A DNA stretch of 64,000 nucleotides from Proteromonas lacertae. Taxonomy: Eukaryota. Under the pieces are notes generated by a model. The model saw only the letters and a list, made by a program, of their open reading frames with translations. It made no database searches and was not told where the DNA came from. Positions 23,076-35,136 of this stretch are shown in pieces (within the stretch, counting starts at the first letter, position 1; each line of letters opens with the position of its first letter). Location of the stretch: positions 372,001-436,000 of the forward strand of contig NGBS01001160.1 of assembly GCA_002245135.1 (NCBI GenBank), read 5' to 3'. The position numbers and the translations under genes were made by a program.

Positions 23076-26000
23076 ATGGCTACACTCAACAGCTATTCAA
23101 GGGATACACTAAGACATATATTTGAGTATTACTGTTTTGTAGGCAAAACTTCGGGAGATAAAAATACTATGGGTATTTTTAATTATTTAATACATAGATA
23201 ATAAAACATTTGCTCGACTTTTATCAGAATGTCAAGATGTAATGGGTGATTTAGTGAAACCGGAAGATGTTCAAAATGCCTTTGAGAAAGCATCAGCACC
23301 TGGTACAAAAAGACTTAGTTTTGATAGATTTGTAACTGCATTAGTATATATCAGCAGAATTAGATATCCTAATGCTCGTATTTTAATTACTCATTATTCT
23401 TTATAGAACGTGAAGTAACACTCGGTTTATTACTATCTAAACAAATATTCTTATTGAAATGTGCACCAATGTTAGCTAAAGGAACATTCCAAAGTCCATT
23501 AAGTCCAGCTGATTTTGTATTATTATCTATATATTATTATAATATATAATAGATTAAGAAGAATAGAGTATCAGTAATGTCATTACAATCACGAAGTAGA
23601 ACCTCAACAGCCAATACAATCACTTCATCCCCACCAAGTCATGTAGTAGAGCCAATGTGGATAGCCAATGAAAGAGCAAGAAAAATCAGTGTGGCATTAC
23701 ACAAATTAGAAAAAATTAGTGAAAAATCCTTCAACTTAGTGTATTTACATTATTTCCAGAAATGGTTGAAGTATATGGAATATATGAGATTCAGAGCTAG
23801 AAGAGAAGCATTATTATACCATATAATACATACTTCAGAGATGAGATCAAAATTAAGAGCATATTTGAAATGGAAGAGTCAATTAACAATGATTCCAAAG
23901 ATACAAGTGGCATTATATATAATATTCAGATATTTAGATAGAAAAAGATTAAGATTAATCAATCATGGGTTTAATTACCTAATTCATAATAACGTATGTT
24001 ATTGGAGGAAAAGGTTAGTTCTATTAGCTTGGAAGAATTACAATAACATCGTAGAAGCGCAGAATGAGTATAATAACATGCAAAATAATGAAAAACATGT
24101 CCAAGTTGAGAATGGTATGTTGTTATTGAATAGTATAATATGTTCAAATAAAAGGAAGAAGATATTGAAATCATTTAATAAATGGAAGACATACATGATA
24201 TTTGAATATCATAAGACAATGAAGAAGACAATAATTCAATCAAAAAGACTGTTGAAACAGAAGTTAATTTATACATTTATTGATAAAAAGAATACTACAA
24301 TATTGGCGAATTGTTTTTCTAATTGGAAGTCTTTAATATCTTATAAGCAGACTAAATCATATCAGATACAATCCAATATCAATATAAGTATGAATATATT
24401 GAATAATACCATTATAAAACATCAAAAAATTCAGTTATTACAATCATTTAATAAATGGAAAAATATGAATAGATATTATCAAAGAAAAGAAGATAATTTC
24501 TATATTGGAATTAATTATTTGAATGGAATAATATCTCATTTATCTAATAAACAACTATATCAGTCATTCTCCAAGTGGAAATCGATTATACATCAAACTA
24601 AGACTAAACAGCAAGAAGAGTATTATATATTAAAGAAATTGAATATTATTGTTAATTCACATTCATCTAAATCATTATTACAGTATTTCAATAAGTGGAA
24701 AGGGATCTGTAAAGATGTTAAATCCAATACAACTATATTGAATTATAGATTATATGATAGTTGTAATAGATTCTATTCTATCACTAAGAATATGTATAAT
24801 AAACAGTTAAATAATGCTTTTAACAAGTGGAAATCATATTTAATAGATTTGAATAACAATGAAGCAACTAAGCATATCATATTACTCAATAAAAACACAA
24901 GTTTATTGATATTAAACAATTTAATGAATTCAAAGAAGAGAAATCTGTTAAGTGAAGCGTTTAACAAGTTGAAATGTGAAGTACAGGAATATAAATACTC
25001 TAAAACAGTGAGTCAAACTATACAAGTAACTCAAGTATTCAGTTTAAATACTTTAAATAAAATATTCAAAAATAAAGAGAAAAAAGACTTATATAAAGGT
25101 TATATGAAGTGGAAATGTTATATAGAATATCTGAAGAGAAAAGATGTAAAAATGAACTATAGAAATACATTAATTAGTAATGTATTAAAGAGAATATACT
25201 TGAATGATATGAGATATTGTTTTAATCAGTTGAAAGATAATATGATAATCAATAAACATAATGATTTAGTATTCCAGTCAGAATATAATGAACAATCTAA
25301 TCAACTAACCAATGGATTTCAACATCTTATTAATATGAATAAATTACATCAATTTAGACAATTATTTCAGAGTTTTAATACATGGAAGAATCTTATACAA
25401 GAACAGAATATAACGATAATTAAGAAGGAAATGATTCATAGAAATAAAGTATATAAAGAGAAGTTGGTTTATAATTTCATATCAAAGAACAATCAGAGGT
25501 TATTATCATCTTGTTTTGGTGTATGGAAGAAAGAAGTATTTAGTCTAAAGACTTATACAATGCAAAAGGATTTAACACAACAAAGAAGCTTAGAGAAACT
25601 AGTGATTATATTAGATAAATATCATGATAAGAATTTGAGTTATTATTTCCATAAATGGGTAAAGATAAATGAAGAGATTAATAAACAAATACAAAACTAT
25701 AACTATGGAGTTAAACTGTTAGAGAATCTATTAGTTCAACATGAGAGAAAAACTCTGTATAAAAGATATATACATTGGAAGAATAATATTCATACTAATA
25801 AGAATATAGAAGTAACAAAATACTATATATTACGGCAGTTAAACTCAATAATTAACTCACAATCCAGTAAACTGTTAATGAATGGTTTTAATAAGTGGAA
25901 ATCAGTAATTAACTATGATAGGACTGTTTCTGATAAGTTGTTTAACTTCTTTAATCATTATAATAATAAAATACAGTCAAATACTCAAAGTATTGCATTC

Positions 26001-29000
26001 TACAAGTGGTTATTATTCAATACACATGTTATATACAGAGAAAGGAATAAGATCAAGTCAATGAAATGGATTAATCAAGTGCTTGAATGAATTGTATATC
26101 AACAGATTAAGACAAGGAATGAGTAAATGGCAAAAATGGGTTAATTATGTGAAAGATTTGACTATTAGAAGAAAATTAGCACTTAAAAAGTTGAATAAAT
26201 TAATGCAATATAAAATGTATGAATATTCATTTACTCAATGGAATTTAATGACCAAAGATTCTAATAATTATTATGTATTTGCTAATCGATTAGTTAGAAC
26301 CTTAAACAGAAGTATTAAAAGAATGATGAAGAAAAGATTTAGTTATTTAGTATTCTATAATCAGCAATATAAGAGCAGAATGAAGAAAGGATTAAAAATG
26401 CTGGATAATTTATGTGTTAATCGATTAGAATCACAATTAGCTACTAAGTTCTACAATTGGAAACATTCTTCATTAGTTTCTAAGTATGATATTGCTGTAT
26501 TAAAGAGACAACAAGTTGTAGCATTATGCAATTTGACTGATAAGTTAAAGGCTCAATATAGAAGAATAGTGTTTGATCAATGGATTGAATTTACTTCTAA
26601 TAAACGACAATTTGATGATAAATTGATGAAACATTATAAGAGTTTATTGAAATTAGATAATTTGATAAGTAAGAAGATATATCGTACAGTTATTAGGAAA
26701 TGGAATAATTATATATATCATATAGTAACAAATGCATATGAAGAAGCCTTACATGATACAAATTATAATGCATTTACAACCTCAATATACTCTATAATAT
26801 CAAAAGCATTAACAAGAAGAATGAATAGATGTTTTCAACAATTGAAGAGGAATGTTATTCATAACCAATCTATTGATAGTACAAGAGAGAATATATTGAA
26901 TAATTTGAATAGAAGTATTGAGAAGAGATTATTATCAAAAGCATTTACATTATTACAGGAATATAATCATTCATTTAATCAACAGATTAGAATGAATAGA
27001 AATATTAATAAAGGTAATGAAATACTTATTAAAGTTATAATGAAACATTATTTCAATGATTGGAAGAGAATAAATGATAAAATAAACACACAAAATAAAG
27101 CATTAACACTATTATTCTCCACATTAAATAACAATACAACAAAGAAATTAGCGAAATATTTCCAGAAATTGAGATTAAATGGAATATCAACAATGACAAT
27201 AGAACAAAGGAAATTAGATGTATTGAAACAATTATTAACTAAGTTACAGTTTAGTAATCATTTATTGATAAACAATGCCTTTAATAAATGGCAGAAATAT
27301 ATCAGAAAGACAGATCAAAATGCAATGAAAATGTTAATGACCATTGGTGAATATATCCAATAAACTAGAAAAGAGACATTTATATAAGAATGGTAATTGT
27401 ATTGTAACTGATTTAGAAACAGCATTTTCAGTATGGAAACACTATTTAACTTACACTCATGAAGTAGAAAGAAAAGAACAAATAGCAGTAAGAATATTAC
27501 ATTCATTAGTAACAAAGAAAGAGAATACAAAGTTAATAAACTGTTTTCATAATTGGAAGGAATATGTTCATGAAGAAGAGAATGAAGCTGAACATCAGAC
27601 TAAATTGATTATGAGATTAGGAACAATATTAAAGAGTAATTTGAAGCGTGCAAAGTTGATAAGTTTCAATAGATGGAAACAATTCACTTATAAAGAAACA
27701 GCGAATGTAATTGGTCAAACCATGTCAAGCGAAAATCAACAATTATCATTTATGAATGGATTGAAGATATTAGATGTAATGTTAAATAAACATAACACTT
27801 TGGTATTATACAGAAGATTAAGATGTTGGAAAGATAGAACAGATTATAAGAAAACTGCCTTAGAGAAGTTAAAGACAATATTAAATCATATTGAAAGTAG
27901 ATATGTTTATGTAGCATTGAATAAAGGATATAGAAATATACAAAGGTTTAGTTATTTACAAGTATTGGATAAGAAGAATAGAAAATTAGCAGGTAGATGG
28001 ATTCAAAATGCATTTGATAATTTATATACTCAAAAGATAAGACATGGATTTTATAAATGGATGAAGACTTTATTATATATCAAAGAATTAGATCAAAAGA
28101 GAAAAATACATTTACAAAAGTTATTAATGATGTTAGCAAAGAAGTATCGAATCTTAGTAATCAATCATTGGAAATTGATATTAAAAGACTCTAATAATTA
28201 TGATGCTTTAGCTAAAAGAATGGATAAAATATGGCGTAAACATCAAACTAGAATTGTATCAAAGAGATTCAATCAATTAAGAACATATGCTCGAAAGTAT
28301 AAAAATAGAATGACTCAAGCTTTTAATAAAGTTGAATCGTTATTCTATCATCATCAAGAAACACAAGTTGCTAACACATTCCACTATTGGAAACATTATG
28401 CATTAGAATCTAAATATGATACTGTTGTACAAAGAAGATTCCAGATTGTCTATTTATGTTCAGTTGTACAGAAACTAGAACTATCATATCAAAGAATTGC
28501 ATTTAAGAAATGGAGGACTTTCATGGAATATAAAAGAGATACTGATACTCATCAAGATAAATTGTTAGAAGTTTTATCAAAGTTAGATTATTTAATCACT
28601 CAAAGGATATATCGATTAGGTATTAATGCATGGAGATCTTTCACTGTTGAACAAGTATTGATTGAAAGAGATAATAGTTTAAGATCTTCAATGTATTATT
28701 CATTAGCATCATTATTAAACCATTATGTTGGTAAATATTATATGAAAAGAGAAAATGAATGTTTTAAACTGTGGAATAGTATTAATAAAGAAGAAAAAAT
28801 GGAACAACAAAAGCAACAAAGTGGCGATATTACTAAGTATATGACTTTATATAAAGTGTTATATAAATATCAAATGCGTAATAATGAATCAACTAAATTA
28901 CAGTTAAGTAAAGCATGGCAAAGTTGGAAGACTTTTATTATGAAATATTTAATCAATTATATTGAAATTGAAGAAAATAACAACTATCACAGTGATATTC

Positions 29001-29290
29001 ATATTAACATAAATGGTAGTAAGATGAGTGGAGGTGCAAGTAATCTAGAAGCATTTAAAGAACAAGTAAAGAATGGTGATTCTGAAACAGCTGCTTTATA
29101 TGAACAAGTTAAGCAATTGAAGGAGATTGTGTTACAACAACAAAAAATGATTGATGAAAGTCAAATAACAAATGATTCAGCTAATGAGACTTTGCAGAGT
29201 TTAGCTTATCATTCAAGTGATGATAATGTTGAAAATTCTAAAGAAGAGAGTGAAGAAGAGAGTGATTATGATTCAAGCGATTATGATTAA
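23076..29290 (+). CDS. p25-alpha (TPPP)-domain protein with Sfi1-like repeats, ~2000 aa
   Basis: Spliced N-terminus IFEYYC..MDNKTFARLLSEC..DV..AFEK...LSFDRF..AL..I. Dozens of LxxxFxxWK repeats. +1 frameshifts at ~26082 and ~27343. Confidence 0.7.
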
Positions 29291-29407
29291 ATGACTGTTA
29301 TGGTTTTAACACTTTTTTATTATTTGATTTTATTATTTCTTTATGTTTTAATCATTCCAAAATAAATAGTCGTTTCAATTGGTTTTAATTTTAAAAATTA
29401 AAAATAA

Positions 29408-31722
29408 ATGCCAGAAGAGAGTGCTATTAAGGTTGTGATGAGGGTCAAACCAACTAAAAAGGTATGTATTTTTGTTTTAATATATTTATTATCAACTAGC
29501 CTTCTGGTTATTGGGAAATTGATCAAACAACCAAAACTATCATATGGAAAGTTGAAAAAAATGAAAGTGCAGGTTATGTAAATAATTCAAAAACAAAATC
29601 AGTAATACATTTCAACGATTTGTTGGATATGAGTATAAGTCAAGAAGCAGTGTTTGAAAGAGTGGCAAAACCATGTATTGACAATGCAATAAAAGGATAT
29701 AACTCAACAATATTCGCATATGGACAAACAGGTTCTGGAAAGACATTCACAATTACAGGAGGAGCAGATAACTATGAAGATCGTGGAATCATTCCAAGAA
29801 CAATAAATTATTTATTTCAACAATTTGAAGTATAAATGAAATATAAATCTATTATTATAAATAGAAAGGTGATGTAGAATATCAAATTTCAATATCATTT
29901 CTCGAAATATACAATGATAATGGTTATGATTTACTCTCCAAAGAACATGAAACCAGTGAAACACTTGCAGCAATACCAAAAGTTGTCTTAAGAGAAGATG
30001 AAGATGGAAATATTCATGTTTCAAATTTAGAAATGCATCGAGTAAGTAGTGAAGAAGAAGCATTAAATTTGCTGTTTTTAGGTGATACAAATAGAGCTGT
30101 AAGTAGTACAGTAATGAACTTGGTTTCATCTCGTTCACATTGTATTTTTACAATCGGAATTGAAAGTAGAGTAAGTGGAAGTAGTTTAGTGAAAAGATCA
30201 AAGTTGAATTTAGTTGATTTAGCTGGTTCAGAAAGAGTTCACAAAACTAATAGTAGTGGACAAACATTATTAGAAGCTGAATATATCAATTTATCATTAC
30301 ATTATTTGGAATTAGTCATTGATGCTTTAAGTAAAAAAGAAAGTTACATTCCTTATAGAAACAGTATGTTAACATCAATCTTGAGAGATTCATTAGGTGG
30401 AAATTGTAAAACTGTTATGATTGCTACAATTAGTGGAGAAAAAGAACAAACAGATGAATCAATATCCACTTGTAAATTTGCACAAAGAGTGGCTAAGATT
30501 AAGAATATGGCTACTTTGAATGAAGAACAAGATCCATTTATTATAATACAAAGATTAAAGGCTCAAGTGAGAGATATGCAGGCAGAATTGGCAATGTTAA
30601 AAGGAGAAGCCAATGAAGGATTTGAATTAACACCTGATGAATTAGAAGATTTAAAAAGAAGGTTAAAATGTTATATTGAAAGTACTGATATTCCACCAAT
30701 ATTAGATTTAGGTGAATTTACATTTATGAGAATAAGAAAAGGATTTGAAATAATGAGAGATTATGTAATTGAAGCTGGTAAGAATGGAGGTAGTATTGCT
30801 GGAAATGGTGGTATTATAGGACAAAGTAATTCAGAATTACAGAATAAAATAAATGATTTAGAACAACAATTAATACAAAGAGATACAGAGATAAATGTAT
30901 TAGTGGATATGGTGAAAAAGAATCAAAGAATGACTCCTTCGCAAACACCAAATTCAACAGTTAGTTCTTTATCATCCACTGCAAATCAAGATTTTAAATC
31001 AAATAGTCAATTCTTCATCTAAACCAATGAGTGGTAAAGTTCCTGGTTATTATGGTCCAGGAGGTGATATAGTTGATAAATCATATGTTGATAATAAAGA
31101 TGACGCTTATAAGATATTTAAATTAACTTATCCATCAATTAAATCAATGGATAAGAATAAAATTGAATTGAAATCACGATTTGAAGAAGCACAAAAGATA
31201 GGAAGTGAAGTAAACACTGCAAGACAAGAAATACAATTATTAAAGAAGAAAATTGAACAGATTAGAGAGTTTAAATCAATGAGTAGTAGTGGATTAGTTG
31301 ATGCAAAGGGTCCAGAAGAAGATGAAGAAAAGAGAGAATTAGAAAATTTAGAAAAAAATAAAAAGATATACGAAGAAGGTTTTAAGAAGCTAAAAGCAGC
31401 TAAATTAGAAATTGAACATATTAAGCATATTGTAGAAAGTCAAGAGCAAGAATGTAAAGTGAATTTTGAGAAATGGTTTACTCAGCTTCAGAAATACTAT
31501 AATAGTTCTGTTATGCAAAATTCAAGACAAAGAAATGTTCAACCTTCTCAACCAATACCAAACTATAATATGAATAATACTATTCCTTCAAATACAACTA
31601 AACCAAATAATAATAGTAATAATATGCCTTCAACAGTAAGTGATTCAAAAAATTCAAATGTTGATGATAGTATTGCAGAGTTTAATAGAGCTTCACAAGA
31701 GTTGTTGAGAAGATTTAAATGA
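29408..31722 (+). CDS. KIF6: Kinesin-9 family motor (KIF6-like)
   Basis: GQTGSGKTFTITGG..Y..RGIIPR, LNLLFLGDTNR, SSRSHCIFT, LVDLAGSER, YINLSLHYLE. Frame break near 31008. Confidence 0.85.
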
Positions 31723-31815
31723 TTTTTTTAATTTTATTTTATTTTGTTGTTTATTGTTTCATCATTAAATTAATAGAAAAAAGAGATATAGTAATTATCA
31801 ACATTTTTATTTTTA

Positions 31816-33442
31816 TTAAACATCTTTCAATAGCACATTTACAGTATTTGGATCTTTTGCAAATTCTATATTATTAATTTAATAATAAATATACGTTTAG
31901 CTTCTATAGAAATCCTATTTTTGACACTTTCTGCAATATCAGGCCTTACAATTTTCAAGCTTTTCAATAACCTGTTAAAGAATTGTATTTCAGCAACATT
32001 CCCTAACCATTTTCTAAATCGCTTTTCGTAATCAGACATAAAGCTTTGAATCTCTCTAAACAAATTATTAAATACATAAATAAATACAATCCTTTTTCAT
32101 CAACAACTGATACATAACCATAAAAATGTAAAAGTAAGTCAAGAATTCTAAAATATCTTTCCATACATGCTTTATCAAATCTAAAGGCTATAATTATATA
32201 TATATATATATAGAAATAATAATAATACCTGAAACTTCAGCATTACTATGAAAATATGGTTCATCACCTTCGCTCTTATCAATTGGTGCAAACCACTATA
32301 TTAAATTATATGCTAAAATAATAAAATATACTCTTTTTATTTTTACATCTAATAACCATTGATAATAATTAATATTACATAAAACATCGTAAATTGAAAC
32401 ATTATCTTTTGTTGTTGTAATAAATCCTTTAAAGAAATTCTCTACCTATACAGATATACTAAATACACTATGTAATATACTGAAAATTCTTTTCCTTTCT
32501 TTACCACAATAGTTTCTTCTACTAATTGGAAGAGGGTTAATTTTATTTAGTTCATTTATCTGATTCTCTATCAGAAAATCCTTCAGTAAATCATTAACTT
32601 CATAATCTCTTTCCATTTCTTCTTTTACATATGCACATTCCATTAAATCTGAGAAACTAATTCTTTGCGCAGGATCTAATACCAACATTTTCATTATAAT
32701 ATCATTCAATTCTTTACTAAAACAGTCTGGAATATTATTGAGATTCATCTTTGCAGTATTATTCCCTCTGTAAAAATTAATCTGCTCTATTGTAAATGGA
32801 GTGCTTAAAGTACACATTTCATACATAACACATCCAAGACTCCATATATCTGCCTTATCATCTCTCATATTGTTTAACAACACTGGTGATGTGTATAAAT
32901 CTACCATTCTTTGAAGTTTATTGGTTGGATTATCGAAAGATCTGTATAAATTAACTTCTCCTAATATGTATTCTCCACCTATTGTTACTATTGTCGAATC
33001 AGGAGTAAGATTGAAGTGACTCATTGTAATACCATCGATTTTTTCACTATTTAAATTTTTTAATCCTGTTAACAAGCATATCAAACATTTTTTAACAGTC
33101 TATATATGGTTATAAGTTAATAATACAGATTCATCGAACAATCTTCCAGATTCTTTACAACTATTAATGTAATCACGAAGATTTCTTCCTTTATAATCTT
33201 CAAAAACGATATACAATACACCACTATAACAATTATGGCATTTATAGCGAACTAGGTATCTATTATTAGAACTTTCAAGAGTTTTAACCTAAATCTAAAT
33301 AATCGATATATAATACCTGCTTATCTACACAATTTTTCTCTTCACGAGGTAATAAATACTTTTTAATAATTACATCATCACCATCACATATACCTGCATA
33401 GGTTTCACAAATATTGTACTTTTGGCTATAATTTTCAGCCAT
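31816..33442 (-). CDS. NEK-like pseudokinase with C-terminal extension
   Basis: KADIWSLGCVMYEMCTLSTPF and ML..DP..R are present. HRD is replaced by HFN, DFG is absent and there is no Gly-rich loop. Confidence 0.7.
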
Positions 33443-33573
33443 ATTCTTTATATAAATCAAAATAAAATTCTATGTAACGAGTATATTTTTATTAAATTTA
33501 TTTACATAAAACTTAATTTCTTTTTACACATAAATAATCAATTACAAACCACTTAATTAAATTATTAAAGGTA

Positions 33574-34824
33574 TTAATTATACATAATTCTTTTAAACTC
33601 TTCAAATAAAGGTTTAATTTGTGGAGTGTTTATAATAAACTTGTTATCAGTGGTATTATATTTCAATCCATAGTATTTTAGACCCAAGTTAATACAAAGT
33701 CCAGCATAACACCCATTCATTCCTGGAACAGATAAAAATTCAAAAACTATTGTGTTATAATCGCAAAATATAATATGACTCAATCCAGCACCATGTGGAG
33801 CAACAATAAGTTTAGCGTAAGTGAAAAATGTAAATACGTTGACTAAATCTTCATCTCCATTAAAAACAACAACTGATCTTTCTCCAAACATATTCTGCAA
33901 AGTCTTTAATAATTCATCATGATTAACAATTGATCTTACACCAGTTCTTTTAATCAGTACAACATCATACTTATGTTTAACATCGTTTATTGCTAATATT
34001 CTCTTTCTAATGTATGATCTGAATGATAAAACTTGAAGATAAGAAGGTGATCCTCCACATGGTCCTCTTTCTAATGATAAAAGATTCTTAGCATATATCT
34101 CTCCACTCACTAATCTTGTTCTGTTAAATCCTAAAAATACTAAATATTTCTTTATGAATTTTCCTGGAACATGAATTACTATCGACTTGTCTTTTAGTAA
34201 TTCATCAATATAATAACCAATTTTTGTTAAACACTCAACTATTGAATGAAAAACATAAATACCCCAATAATGCGAAATATCAATCACTTTATTAAATATT
34301 CTTATATCTTTTGTAGAATATATAATATTTGTAGGGATTCTTTGACATAAGCAAGCTCCTGCCGGACCTATATTCCAACATTTACTATGAATTGTACCAT
34401 ATCTACTAACTACTACATTTTTAAAACCAAATGCATATGTTGTAACGTTTATTTGGATGTAAAATTGTGTTGTATTAAACATATGAAGTATTTTGTTACT
34501 TATTATATAACCATTTCTTGATCTATTTAATAAACGATAATTTGTTCTAAAGATCAGAGGTGCATTTGACATATTACCTAGCTTATGAAAGTTTGCACAT
34601 GGATATTTACTTATTGTCTTATTACTACAAGAAGATGTTTGATGTGTTGATAAAATCTTGAATGAATTACTTAAAAAACGATCATCACTACTGAAATATA
34701 TATATCTATCAACTTTTTTACTATTTGCCGTAGATGTATTTTTAAATCTTCTGTTGCGATATAATGAACATATCAGCAAAAATAACGTTATAGCAATAAT
34801 ATAAACAATCAAACTTATAAACAT
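33574..34824 (-). CDS. GT61-like (DUF563) glycosyltransferase, type II membrane, intronless
   Basis: N-terminal TM; FHSIVECL; R.IVNHDEL; IVAPHGAGLSHIIF..VFEF. Confidence 0.78.
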   Translation of the reverse strand: MFISLIVYIIAITLFLLICSLYRNRRFKNTSTANSKKVDRYIYFSSDDRFLSNSFKILSTHQTSSCSNKTISKYPCANFHKLGNMSNAPLIFRTNYRLLNRSRNGYIISNKILHMFNTTQFYIQINVTTYAFGFKNVVVSRYGTIHSKCWNIGPAGACLCQRIPTNIIYSTKDIRIFNKVIDISHYWGIYVFHSIVECLTKIGYYIDELLKDKSIVIHVPGKFIKKYLVFLGFNRTRLVSGEIYAKNLLSLERGPCGGSPSYLQVLSFRSYIRKRILAINDVKHKYDVVLIKRTGVRSIVNHDELLKTLQNMFGERSVVVFNGDEDLVNVFTFFTYAKLIVAPHGAGLSHIIFCDYNTIVFEFLSVPGMNGCYAGLCINLGLKYYGLKYNTTDNKFIINTPQIKPLFEEFKRIMYN

Positions 34825-35136
34825 CTTTTATATAACAAGGATATACAAAAAGTGAACTTTTCAGAATCTTTCTTATATTTTTAATTTCCTATATCAAACT
34901 ACTTTGCTAATTTTTATATTAGAGTATAACACTTCCTATTGTATTTCAAGAAAGTATATATTGTGTTAACAATATTATAAGAATTTGACTAGTATTTGTT
35001 TAAATAAGTATTTTTGTGGTTATATGATAATAAAATATTACATATTTCCTGTAAATATAAATTATCACATCATACTAGATGTAAATTATTTTCTAAATCC
35101 AGAAACTTGAAGAAAAACAATAAAATAATATATTAT

